Below the pieces are notes generated by a model that saw nothing but the letters and a program-made list of their open reading frames with translations, was not told the DNA's origin and did not search any database. Shown in pieces: positions 13,084-24,902 of a stretch of DNA of 64,000 nt. Position 1 is the first letter of the stretch, and the number at the start of each line of letters is the position of its first letter. The translations under genes and the position numbers were made by a program. The stretch is from Camelus ferus (taxonomy: Eukaryota): positions 101,682,001 through 101,746,000 of the forward strand of contig NC_045696.1 in the NCBI RefSeq assembly GCF_009834535.1. Reading direction: 5' to 3'.

Positions 13084-13997
13084 TATAGTTCAAAAACTGA
13101 GCCACACTCTGATGAATTCTGCTTCAGTGAGAATAAGACAAATGATCACATACACAAACAAAACCTAACAAGGAATATTTTAATACTGCATTTAACCTTC
13201 TGGAGGTGTGGAAAGTGGGGAGAAAGACCAAGTGTTCTTTCAAATCTTTTTTTTATTCAGGTAACATTAGTTTATAACATTAGATAAGTTTCATGTGCAT
13301 TATATTTCTTCTTATATTTTGTACATTTCTACATTATATTTCTACTTCTGTATACAGTACAGTGTGCTCACCATAAAAATTTATTTCCATTTTGACCATA
13401 CAGTTAACTCCCTTTACCTATTTCATTCTCCCACTCCTTACCTTCTGGTCACCACTACTCTGTTCTCTGTATTGATGTGTTTGTTTTTGTTTGATTTAGT
13501 TTATTCATTCTTTTTGGTTTTGTTTGTTTGTTTTGTATATTCCACATATGAGTGAAATCATATGATATTTGTCTTTCTCCAGATTAATTTCATTTATATA
13601 TTTCATATAAATACATATATATATATATAAATACATATATATATATATATATATATACACACCACATCTTTATCCATTCATCCATCAATGGGTACTTATA
13701 TTGTTTTATCCTTTATTTTGTTAATATAGTCTATCATGTTGATTGATTTGCAGATGTTGAGCCATGCTTGCATCCCTAGAATAAATCCCACTTGATCTTT
13801 TTAATGTACAGTTCAAAACTGAGCCTTCAGAAAACCACACTCTCTCTGTTGAATTCTGCTTCATTGAGAATAAGACAAACAATCACACAGACACATACAC
13901 ACACAAAGTATAACAGGGAATGATTTTAATAATACTTCACTTAACCTTTTAAAGATGTAATGAACGGGGAGAAGGATCCAGTGTACTTCTAAAGCTT
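13084..13997 (+). repeat. Diverged direct repeat pair (about 13084-13248 and 13807-13997) flanking an L1 fragment
   Basis: Both copies share 'agttcaaaa(a)ctgagcc', 'gaattctgcttca(g/t)tgagaataagacaaa', 'attttaata', 'ttaacctt', 'ggggagaa' and 'agtgt(t/a)ctt'. Confidence 0.9.
13247..13806 (-). mobile_element. L1 3' end joined to an internal ORF2 piece, with a (TA)n tract
   Basis: Poly-T, then reverse L1 3' UTR ('tattccacatatgagtgaaatcatatgatatttgtctttctc', 'accacatctttatccattcatccatcaatggg'), then reverse ORF2 sequence ('ttgattgatttgcagatgttgagccatgcttgcatccctagaataaatcccacttgatc'). Confidence 0.9.
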
Positions 13998-15023
13998 AAG
14001 CATCATTTTGTAATTTCCATTGCTGAAAACAGAGTCACTGGTTTAATGCCTTTAGCACTTGATTAATTAGTAATCAGGACAGAGTTAGATAGTTTTTCTG
14101 CTTCAGAGCTGGTAATTATCATTCCTGACACAGAATTCAACTTTTGGTAGGCAGCAGGCACACTGCTGTCACCATTATACTATGCTCCGTGCTCCAAATT
14201 TATTTCAAGATTCTGTTTGGAAAAAAAAAAAAAAAAGAACTCTTGTAAGGATTTTACTCAAAGTAGCCACTTACTGGAGTCATTTTTTTTTTCTTTCATT
14301 GGATCTCTGTATTCATAGGTGATATAATTGACCACTTGATGAAAGCAAAGACTTTGTGGAACACAAGTAGATAGCTCAAGGGTATATTAAATATTTTTAA
14401 AACTCATGTCATAGTTGTTAAAAAGTGGGGGCTTTTCAGAGACTAAGAGGCTATTGCATCTTGAGAAAGCTCCCTAAAGTAGCATGGAAAAATTAGAAAG
14501 GCTGACTTTCTCCTTTTTAATTTTGAGCATTGTGCCTGCAATCAAACATGTGTCCAAAACTTTCTAAAGCCATAGTTTAGCCCCTATTAATTAAAAATTC
14601 TTTAGGGAAAATGTCTGTAATAATTCAATTGCCGCACATATTTGGAATGCAAGTAACCAAATTACCAATTGTAAGTCCATTTTTCCACTCTCAATGTTAG
14701 ATGCTGAAGAAGGAAAAAAAAAAGGTAAGACAACCATAACAAAGAACACATTAAAATTCCTCTCAATGAAATAATGGTCACAGCTGATAAACATTCGTGA
14801 TATGATGAATAAACACAGATACAAGAAAATAAACAGACAAATACAGTGCACTCTAGGAATATCATATGGCATGGGTGGTCCTATCTGTGGTGAACCTCTA
14901 CAGTGAGGTGTCATTCTGCCATTCTAGTTACCTTTTATGCTCCACTGACATTTGCTGTTTCCTAATTAGAATCCTAAGTTATGGGGAGCCAGTTTTAAGA
15001 GGCATTTCTTTTTTAAGTAGTGT

Positions 15024-15576
15024 TGTTACTGAGTCCAGGCTTGTACTTCTCACCATATAACAGGGCAACAAATTGAGAGATGGAGTGTTGGGGCAACGAA
15101 TAGCAACTCTATCCAGAAAGCCAGCAGACTGAGAAGATGGCAGAACAGTGTCCCATAGAACCATCTTAGCCAAGTTAGAATTCAGGCTTCCTTTATACTA
15201 AAAGAGGAGGAGGTGTGGCTGATTATCGCGAACTTCCTGGTGCTGGCCGGCTCAGGAAGGGGATGTGATAATCCTCTGCTCTTGCACCTGTCCGCATAGG
15301 GCTGGTCACAATGGTTCTATAAACCTTCAACAGAACAAATATTATTTTCTGTTCTGCAACTTTTTATCTCTATAACAAGAAAAGTGTTATACCTTTAAAG
15401 GTCAAGCCTAGGAGGCATAGCCTTGAGAAAGGGCTATTACATATATTTCAGGCAATAGGTAGCATTCCTTCACAAAGGTGCAGAACCAGCATGACTAAGC
15501 ACAGGCCAGAGAGCACAAAAGTTAGAGCTAAAGGAATAGATCCACTGTGGAGTTGGGTTTGTTCTTCTCTGTTACA
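15024..15576 (-). mobile_element. ERV1-type solo LTR, 553 bp
   Basis: TGTTAC...GTTACA termini and a perfect 4-bp TSD GTGT (15020-15023 and 15577-15580). TATA-like 'agtataaagg' on the minus strand near 15195. Confidence 0.85.
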
Positions 15577-15669
15577 GTGTAAGCAATGTAGGATTCTATG
15601 ATCCAAAATTTCCTTTACAAGAATTTAAATCCATAGACCCTGGAGATGACCATTTCCCATTTCTTTCAG

Positions 15670-15755
15670 ATGCTGGTGCTCTTGACGGAAAGAGGAAAGT
15701 ATGTGCGACGCAGAAGCGATGTCCTGATTCTCAGAAACATAAGAACAAGTTCCAG
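15670..15755 (+). other. Exon-like segment, 86 nt, parent transcript unknown
   Basis: Acceptor 'catttcccatttctttcag|A' and donor 'CAG|gtaaga'. Several CpGs are retained and two frames are open. Confidence 0.35.
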
Positions 15756-15782
15756 GTAAGAGCTGCAGGGTGGTGTAGCAGT

Positions 15783-16251
15783 TGTTACCTGCCAGGGTTC
15801 CTGGACTCCTTAATCAATAGAAATTGATAACAGGCCAGATGAGAAATTCAGACGAGGCTTTACTGGGACTTGTGCTACAGCATGAGAGAGCAAAAATAAG
15901 TAACAAGTCCCCTTGCTTGCTCCCTGAGTGGGGGCAAGCTGGTCCCTTAAATGGGATGAGGGTGGGGGCAGATCCATGGGTCAGGCCTGAGGTGTGGCTT
16001 AGGTGGCTGGCCTACCCCCTTAGTGGTGCTGTGTGCAGGGATCATGCACAGGTTTTGCTCCTGACACCTCAGAAGTGTCAGGTGGGATTTCAGGTTTTTT
16101 TGTATCTTATTCATATTTTACCCTAACTGTGTATGTACACATTTATTTTTAGTCCTTATAGTTTCTTTGTATTCTGTTACTCTATGTTCGTCCAGGTGCA
16201 TGCACTGTAGCAGAGTCCCAGGTTCCAGGTTCGAGGTCCCAGCCTGTCCCA
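15783..16251 (-). mobile_element. ERV1-type solo LTR, 469 bp, different family from the one at 15024
   Basis: TG...CA termini and a perfect 4-bp TSD CAGT (15779-15782 and 16252-16255). 'aggctttactggg' and 'cccttaaatggg' resemble a reversed polyA signal and TATA box. Confidence 0.85.
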
Positions 16252-16449
16252 CAGTTACACTGCAGGAGCCAGACAGTGGTAGCAACTTTGTGCCTTTGTG
16301 TAGGTGCATTAAACAAACAGGATACGATAAATAGGTTGTCTTGGAATCTGACATGATATTAGTAAGGATTACCCTTGAAAATGCTGAGAAAATTGTTAAA
16401 AAGAGTTGTTGGCAGTCAAGTCATTGTGGAAATTAAGGTATAGAGACAT

Positions 16450-16816
16450 ACCAAAGTAATCAGCATAGTTTGCCAAGTATATCCAGCTCTCAGTGTTCCA
16501 GGAACTTCCAGGGGTCCCTATGAGTGGAGCCAATGAGTCATAAACTCAAATGAAGTATGTCATTTTCAGATCACAGCATTTAACGGCCAAGGGGAGACAC
16601 TCGAGTGTTCTTTTTTCCTTCTGGCATGGTGGCCAGCCACATTCAAAACGGGCGGCTACTCTCTCAACTTGAGTCCCTAAAGAGTTACAATGAATCCAAC
16701 CCCCTTTAGACCCACAAGATACATTATTGAATGAGAAATAAATTTGGTTATTTGAGGCCACAGACATTTGGATTTGTTTGTTACCTCAGCATAACCCAAT
16801 ATTCTGACTGATAACA
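16450..16816 (+). mobile_element. MaLR LTR (old MLT1, MLT1J-like)
   Basis: 3' end 'atgagaaataaattt...gaggccacagacatttggatttgtttgttacctcagcataacccaatattctgactgataaca'. Confidence 0.8.
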
Positions 16817-17631
16817 TATGTGACTTCCAAGTGACATATGTATCACTTGTCATATTATCCTTAGGCTATTTAGTTTTTACTAATCTTTCAAGAACTTAGA
16901 TATAAATCATAAAATTCATAAAAAAACCCACAAAGGCCATAAAAATCCTAGAAGAGTTAGAAGTTAGATGTAAAAAGGACAGCAAAACAGCCTTGAACTA
17001 GTGTATCTCAGGGAAAAGAAATGTTGGAGGGAAGGAGTGAATCAAGAACTACAAGCATAAACCTAATAAATAAAAATTTCCTTATGTTTGCTACAGTTCT
17101 TCAAGCAAAGTAAAAATAACTGATAGACTAAATTCTTTTCATAAACATTTGGAAATAATTTCCCTGTTTTTGATACACTGTCCTATACATAAAATGCACC
17201 ATTACATTATTCTCACACTACTGTCATTTTCCCCTGTGAATTAGCAATCAAGAAGATCATTCTCTCATTCTATAGATAAAATAAACACACTGCCAACTAA
17301 TTAATATTTCATCCTAAACCAACTCACTTCTCAAAAAAACATGAGATTAAAAAAGATAAGAATATGGAGGATATAAATTTCCATAAAACATTGAATTCTT
17401 TGTCACTTATTAATAACAAAAATTCTTTATTGATTTTGAGAAATAAAATTTGTGCAACTTAAATTGTGTGTCTTCAACATGAGTATAGACTAACTATGAT
17501 ATCTATGTAATCCCCACTCCCCATTTCATGAGTGAAGAATGGGAGGCTCAGAATCACCATGAAGCCAACTACAATGCATTTAGGAGTCCATTTTTTAGTA
17601 TTATTCAAAGTTGCTAAATATTTGATACTCA

Positions 17632-18340
17632 TTTTGTCATTCAATAAATATTTAATGAGACCCTACCATGTATCAGACATTGGGCTAGGTGAGCAAGACA
17701 CACTCTAATGGTAAAGGCAACCATCAGCAAGTAATTAAAAAACAGAATGGAAGTCCTAGACTTGAAACACAGGAAGGGCGCAGCTGTGAGGGCACACACG
17801 GGGCCATGGAACATGGGGCTAGGGGGTCTGGGGAAGACTGTTAGTGCTGCACGTCTAAAATGAGACCAGACTAAAGGTGGCTGAGGGCAAGAACTTTTTA
17901 GGAAGAGAGCAAATAAACAAAACAAGCCTTTAAAAAAAGAACCTGAAGCAAGAGAGAACATGGGCCTTCGGTCAGTAGATTGGTGTCCTCAAAAGCAAGT
18001 GGAAAATGGTCAGAGATGAAATCAAAGAGGTAAATTTGATAAGATTCAGGTCTCAAAGCTCCTTTTGAACCACATAAAGGGATATGTATTTTTGGTTAAA
18101 AACCAGAAAGCCATTAAAGGAATTTAAACAGTGATTGCTGTGATGGAATTTGAGCATTAGCAAGGTCATTCTGGCCATAGTCTAGAAAATGAGGATTGGA
18201 CAGGACAAGCTTGGAAGCAGAGTGGCTGGTTGGGAAGCATTTTAAATAATCCCATTTAGGTAAGTGTCCTTCAAACTAGGATAGGGGGAGCCAGGTAGAG
18301 AAAACTGAACAGTCTGAGAGAAAGACAATAGAATCAAGAG
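17632..18340 (-). mobile_element. L2 LINE
   Basis: 'tcattcaataaatatttaatgagaccctaccatgtatcagacattgggctagg...aagccattaaaggaatttaaacag...ggtcattctggc'. Confidence 0.8.
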
Positions 18341-18409
18341 AAGGTCCACAGGTCAGAAGATGGGAAGAATAGCCCAGAACACTCCCCGAAAGGCTCTGGG
18401 TTCCCTTGC

Positions 18410-18597
18410 CTGGCTTGGGAGCCTGGCTTCATCATTTACTACTGGGTGACCTTGAGGACCTTTCCCAATCTCTTCTGCAATAGTTTCCTCAAGTAACAAA
18501 TAGAGATAAAAGTAGTTACCTTACTGGTTGTTTTGAGGTTAGCAGTCCCATTAAGGCCTAACACACAGTTATCTCTCAATAAACATTAGCTGTTAGT
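18410..18597 (+). mobile_element. MIR SINE
   Basis: 'cctggcttcatcatttactactgggtgaccttgagg...agtttcctcaagtaacaaatagagataa...ctcaataaacattagctg'. Confidence 0.75.
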
Positions 18598-19939
18598 TTG
18601 CAAAGGAAATCAAGCAGGATTAGGACAGAAAATACCCATTAACTTATTGACTTTGGGGAAAATAACTCTGTCATTGGAGGGCAAAGACCAAAGTCACCTT
18701 GCAGTGATCTAAGGAAAAGGAGAGATAAAGAAGGAGAGATGGCAAATGTGGGTAAGTTTTGGATGAAGGAGGGATAAGAGGCAAAATGGGAGGGAAATAT
18801 GAGGCCAAAGGAGGACATCTGAAACAAAATTTTTAAGGTGATATCTCTGTACAGTTAAGTGCTGATAGGAAATAGACGACAGAGAGCATGACACTAACGT
18901 TTCAGGAGAGAAAGGGCACGTGTGACGCTACAAGTCCCACAGGAAGGAGAGGGAACGTGGGATGCAGAGCACAGCTGGAGGAATAAGCACAGAGGAAAGA
19001 GATGAGCTGTGCTTTCAGATTCGGAGAGTCCTTGATGCAAACAGTTTCTGTGTGTCCAATCAACAGAATATTTTTGTTCATTCTTATCATAGAAAAGAAA
19101 ACACTAAGACACATGGCACATAAGACTTAAGTTAAAGCAATCACATAACTGTGCAAAGTGAATGAAGCAGGATGGTAGTTTCTTTCTAGCTCTTTGTTGT
19201 CGGATTGTACCCTAGTCCTCTGCATGTCACTGACAGAGCCGCATTAGGCCACTGTTCAAAGAGTCCTTGCGAGGTCAACAGTGATGGACTATTGAGCAAC
19301 CAGGAAGATTCAGCAGTAATTTAGCAAATGATGCTAGACCAAGAAATAAATGTACATATATCCAGAAATCAAACTCAGAGAGCAAGGATTAATAATATAA
19401 AGATAACAAAGTATTTAGATACAGTGAAAGGCTAGGATAAGAACCAAGGTTGATTCTTGCATGAAATATTTATCTGTATGGAATATTTAAACTTCTATAT
19501 TTTCTCAAAAACATATTTTCCCAGGTTCCATTACAAAGCCAAAGCTCTTAGTAGGCCTGGGCTCACAATGCCTTCCAGGGTCAGCATTCTATCTGGGAAG
19601 GTATTAATTAAAACTCAGGCATGGTCACTTGCAAGGCTGTTGGCAACGTGGCAACGAAAGAGGCTCTGCTATGCAACTGATTTTCAAGGCAACAGGAAAC
19701 GTATGTCAAACCTCATACCCTTGTGCATGACTATTTCTGACTCCTCTATAAGGCAAAGTGTTAGAAACTACTGGAATAAGTTAAATTTATATTTTGCAGA
19801 ATTGTTTCTAATGGATCACACTCTGAAATATGAGGAAAATGTAAAAACATCCTTTAAAATATAATAACAGTACAAAATTAGTAACTGCTTGAATTTTAAA
19901 AGATCAAAGAGATATCTCATTAGCATAACAGAGGCATTA

Positions 19940-20255
19940 TAGGTAATGTTTTCTAAATATTAAGCACTTATAACTGTAAAAAAATTTGGAAGTCAAGTTA
20001 ATGACATGCTTGCTGAAATATTTAGGAGTGAAATGTACTAACATTGGCAACTTCTTTCGAAATGCATCAAAAAGTAAGATGCTTTGATGGATGGATAGAA
20101 TGATGAATAAATGAGATATGTGATAAAGCAGACACAGAAAATGTAGCAAAATATTAATGGTAGAATCAACGTGATGGATATATGATTGCTAACTTCACAA
20201 TTTTTTAACTTTTCTGCATGTTTTAAAATTTCATGCTAAGATGTTGTAAAAAGTA
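19940..20255 (+). mobile_element. Ancient L1 3' end
   Basis: 'tgctgaaatatttaggagtgaaatgtac...caacttctttcgaaatg...gcaaaatattaatggtagaatc...ttaaaattttcatg'. Confidence 0.75.
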
Positions 20256-20406
20256 CTTATAAGTAATCATTTCACTAAGGTCTTGATTTCATCAGCTAGC
20301 ATCCTCTCAAGGCCCTTGTTTCATCAGTTACCAACTTTTTACTCTGTCTTGTACAACTTCCTCATTTTTTTCCCTACTAGCTCTTTCGTCCTTTCAATAC
20401 TGAATA

Positions 20407-20409
<3 letters not shown>

Positions 20410-20442
<33 letters not shown>

Positions 20443-20453
20443 ATGTGTGTGTG
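20410..20453. repeat. (TG)n microsatellite
   Basis: Directly visible TG run with one interruption. Confidence 0.98.
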
Positions 20454-20779
20454 CTGTAAAAACAGAAATGTCTTAAAGAAGATTTTAGTTTCAATTATTT
20501 TTAGAAAAGGAAGGTTTGGACTACTCATAATTTGCAAGTTACAAAGACCTAACTCAATCTGACTCAAGAAAAATGGAGAATTACACACTTTATTCAAGTC
20601 TTCCCACAGAGTTGGGGAATCCAGAAGGTTCAGGCAATGCTGGATCCAGCAGCTCAAATTATGCTGTCAACAATCTATTTTTTTCAATCTCTCTGCCTTT
20701 CTTTTACTATGTTAGTGTCTTTTCAGCCACTGTAAGATTATTTGAGAAGCAGTTGTGTGAGGGGTTGGATCATAGTATT

Positions 20780-21810
20780 GTCTGACTTGTTCATTGTGAA
20801 AACTTCTCCTATTCTGAAAATTATCACCCTTAAATCTGTGTCTCCTTCTAGCTATCACCTTATCACTTGCCACACCTTTTGAAAGCTCTGTCTATACTCA
20901 TTTCCCTTCTTCCTCACCTCAAAACCCCTTGTTGGTTTTCTGCCATCTGGATTCTGCTGCTACAGCTTCACTGAAACTACTTTTACAAAAGTAAACAATG
21001 ACTTCCATATTGAGGAAGACGTTGGGAACTTCCATTCTCTCATGGTCCTCTGTGCAGCATTTAACTCTACTGACCATGTACTTTTTTTCTTACTTTGGAT
21101 TCTTTCAGTCATGGACCCTGAGACAAGAACGTGGGTTCAAGGAGTCAATCTGAAAGGTGATCTCAAGAAACACAATTGAAGTAGAAAAAAAGTGAGTCAT
21201 GGAATACAGAAATGCTAATAGAAAGGCATTAATTTTAAAAAGGCCCTCATCAGTTTTGTTTTCAGCTGGACTGTGACAATAGTCCCTTCATGGGTCACCT
21301 TGCCTGAGTTTTGCTTTTCTAAATCCATCCCAACATGCATTCAGGGAAACAGACACAAAGTGGATGCCCTTCCCTTTTCAGGTTTACAGATCCCTACCAG
21401 ATACTATCCAGCTACCTAGCACTCAGCACTAGGTCTCTGACCACTTAACCCTTATTTGTCTTTCTTGTCACTTCTGGCTCTGGTCTCCTTTAGTGTTGGA
21501 CTTACAGCTACTGTGGTGCTTGCAACAGGACAGGCTCCTTCACACCCTCTTGTCTTTGCCTCTGCCTAGAGCACATGTCCCATTCTCAGTGCCTAAAATG
21601 CCTTCCGCATCCTTCACAACAGGATAGGGCAGTCTTCCTCCATGGCCCACTGCATCTTGAGCAAACCTTTACCCTGGCACCATTAAATGCTATCATATCA
21701 ATACAGTCTGTTCCCTTTTTCTGTCTCCCATACTTGACCATAAGAACTTCAAGGGTAAAGGCCATTTATTATTCTGTAGGCACTTAATAAATACTGAACT
21801 GAACTGTAAA
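20780..21810 (+). mobile_element. L2 fragments, interrupted at about 21095-21240 by an ERVL LTR-like piece
   Basis: 'catctggattctgctgctacagcttcactgaaactacttttacaaaagtaaacaatgacttccatattg' and tail 'gtaggcacttaataaatactgaa'. The insert reads 'gaccctgagacaagaacgtgggttcaagg'. Confidence 0.65.
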
Positions 21811-22384
21811 CATACTAATAGTGCCATTAAGACATCTCTCAATTTAAGCATATAAAATTGTTTATAATTTATTTCGGGACATGAAGTTACAAGCAGTATT
21901 TACTGCAGGAGGGAGGAGGAACACAGCAAGGAGGTTTGTTTTCCTCTGAGTACTAGTATGTCGGAGCTAGCCAGATGCCTGCGGCACACACTGTTGGAAC
22001 TGGTGAGCGGGGGAGGTCAATAATCCCACCCTGTGCTCCTTGGCACTCTCCTCGGTGAATGTGCTAGGGTTTCCAAGATCTGGAATGGGCTTCAGCCTGT
22101 AGGCTAAAGATTTGCTTTTATTAATAGGTAACATGAATTTAAGCAGCCGTTTCTCTTATCTACTTTAACTAGATGTAAACTTCTACCACAAAAATGAGTG
22201 ACTTTATCCTACTCCTTGAGATTCTCAGAGTAGTCTGTTCATAGAGAACTTTTTGTCAATATCATCATTCACTCATTCAACTAATATTTTGTTGTGTTTT
22301 AATTTAATTAACTTTTGAAAAAATATAACATCCCATGGTATGAATATTAAATGGTAAAAAGAATAATATAAGTCAGTTTTATCT

Positions 22385-22580
22385 AAAACATCATTTGGCA
22401 ATGATGGAAATGTTTTATTTCTATGTTATCCAATATGGTAGCCACTATCCATATGTGGCTATTAAGCCTTCAAATGTGGCTAGCACAACTAAGGAACTAA
22501 ATATTTTATTATATTTTAATTAAGTTAAATTAAATAGCCACATGTGACTAGGGGGCAACTTGTAAATGCAAGATAGACAG
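22385..22580. mobile_element. MER3-like hAT-Charlie MITE
   Basis: 'caatgatggaaatgtt...tccaatatggtagccactatccatatgtggctattaagc...aaatgtggctag...aaatagccacatgtgactag'. Confidence 0.85.
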
Positions 22581-22929
22581 TAAGACTTCTTTTTCCCTTT
22601 ATTTCCCCTCAAGCACCAAGTTCCCCTCCTCAAAGGAATCCACTATTTTCAGATTCCTGAACATATTTCCAGTGATACTCTATCTATTTACAAATACAGA
22701 CAGGCATTACTATGCACAAAGAGCAGCACAGAAAGTTACACAAACCACTTTGAATTCTGGTTTTTCCCTTCAGAGAGTTTGCCAATATTTCCACATTAGA
22801 AAATAGGATTGCTGCGCGTAGGAATATTGCATAGTATTATTCCTTCTCGGGTGTGTGCCATAACAAGTCCTCTATTCATGGCCATTTTGCTTGCTTGAAT
22901 ATTTTCCTGTGAAGACACTTTATAATAAA

Positions 22930-23477
22930 TGTTTCACAAGTCCCCAAGACCATCTACATAATCCATGATTCACTAGAAGGGCTCTCGGGTCTCAGAATAC
23001 AGTTGTTCTCACAGCTAGGGGTTATCATGGCTAAAAGATACCTAGCAAGATCAGCAAGGGAAAAAACGCACAAGCAGAGTCTGGAGAAATCCATGCATAG
23101 GCTTCCCAGGTTGTCTTCCTCCTGCAAGGGGACACACACACAGAGTGCACACCTTCCTTCCGCAGCAAAAAGTATAGTAATATGTGTGCGATGTCTCTGC
23201 CCAGGGAACCCATTAGAGACTCGGTACCAAGGTTTTCACTGGGGATTGGTTACACAGGTCCCCCATGTCTAGCCATGATCAAAATTCTAAGTTTCTGGAA
23301 GGAAATCAGTTCATCAATGTCCCAAGTGAGTGCAACAGCCTTATCACTTAGAAACATTTTCAAATCAGGGCAGGTAACTATTTACCAGCCAGATTCCCGG
23401 ATGCCAACCAAAGGCCACCCTGTAAGCCCTTTTAAGATAGCAGCCTCAGACTTGCTATGTTAATTAGTGTCTGCACA
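22930..23477. mobile_element. MER21-like LTR, inserted within a reverse-oriented old L1 fragment (about 22290-23670)
   Basis: 'gtccccaagacc...atgattcactagaagg...ctcagaatacagttgttctcacagcta...tcagcaagggaaaa' to 'tctgcaca'. The L1-like flanks 'ctttataataaa' and 'atgaatatctttt' join across it. Confidence 0.8.
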
Positions 23478-23669
23478 ATGAATATCTTTTCATGAACCTG
23501 ACTTTTCACATGTGCAAGTGTACCTGCTGGATAAATACTTAGACATAGGAAAGCTGCATCAAAGAGCATGAACGTTTCCAATCTGAATAGATATTGTTGA
23601 ATTGTACCAATTTACATTTGCACCTGCAGTATATGAAAGTAATTCCCTAAATCCCCACAAACATGGTGA

Positions 23670-24870
23670 AACAAATATTTTTTAATATTTACTATGTACA
23701 AGGCAATGTTCTAGGTACTGGGCATAGAGCGTTAACCAAAGCAGAGGGTTCCTGCTTATAGTTTATACAAAGAAAGTCAGGAATGAATAAGTAAATGAGT
23801 AAATGAACAAAACAACCTCAAATAATGATAAGTAATATGAGGAAAGTAGAATTAGATCACATAATATATAGGGACAAAGGGGACTGCTTTAGATTCAGTA
23901 GTCAAGGAAGTTCTCTCTGATCAAACGCTCTTTGAGATGAGAACTGAATTACAAGGAGACAACTATGCTAAGACTGGAGGCAGAGCTCTACCAGATAAAC
24001 TTAAGGGAACAGTTCATAGGCCTCAAGACAAAAACAGAAGGAAGGTCACTATGGCCAGAACACAGTGCTGGACCAAGGTGGAGAATAGCTCAAGTTCAAG
24101 TCAGAGAAGACAGCAGGGGCTTTCTAGGTCAATGCAAGGAGTTTCAGTTTCATTCTGAGGGCTGTTGGGGAAGGCAGCCTCATGTATGTAGTCTTCAACC
24201 CCTTCTTGGCCACATAAGAATGGGCCATGAACCTTGAACCCTTCCTTAACCCAAGCCAAAAGAGTTGTCACAACCTCACAGCTCCCAATAGGCTTATCAC
24301 CTTACGTGGGAATATTTTTCCCTATTTCAGACTCAGTTGTGTCCTGCATTGTTCTGCTTACCAGTGTGGGTATATGGCAGGTGGTCAGCCCCACTACTGT
24401 ATCTGTCCCCTGCAGGAAGAGGACAGGGTCCTTCTGCTGCAGCACAAGAAGGTTGTATGTGGGCCAATTGCGGGCTTCTAGACAGAAGCAGCTGGCCACA
24501 GGAGTATGACACTCACCACTGAAGCTGATCTTGATCTGTCTTTTCTCTATGTGAATAAAGAGTTCTATCCAGTGCTGAATGGTGTCATGTCTTCCTTGGA
24601 AATTCCAGTGCCAAGATGCAGTGGGCAGAAGATGCCACTTGCTCAACAAGTGCAATGTGAAACTTTTGGAGGACTTTAGGAGGAGACAAAAGTGATCAGT
24701 GGGTAACCGTGTAGAGAATGGACTTGAGAAAAATATGAGAAAAAGCAGAAAACTTTGGAAGTTATAAGGCATTCCAGGTGAGAGACAATGGCGATGAAAC
24801 TACAGTAGGGGCAGTAGGGATGGAAGACGTGAAGCCAACAAGACCTGCTGAGAGTTTGGATGTGTGTATA
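23670..24870 (-). mobile_element. L2 LINE, split by an LTR
   Basis: 'caaatattt...tactatgtacaaggcaatgttctaggtactggg' ... 'aaggagtttcagtttcattctg' | LTR | 'agtgcaatgtgaaacttttggagga...ccaggtgagagacaatgg'. Confidence 0.8.
24163..24648 (+). mobile_element. Solo LTR (probably ERVL class), 486 bp
   Basis: TGTTG...CAACA inverted termini, AATAAA at about 24554, and a 5-bp TSD with one mismatch (AGGGC/AGTGC). Confidence 0.85.
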
Positions 24871-24902
24871 CCAGGCACTGAAATCAACGTAATCTCTGTC
24901 CC

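Noticed and set aside
19457..19864. 135-aa ORF in unique sequence
   Set aside because: Non-ATG start, no convincing splice boundaries and no similarity to a protein family I recognise.
24302..24772. Longest ORF in the window (156 aa)
   Set aside because: It spans an LTR/L2 junction and has no recognisable domain, so it is a chance ORF.
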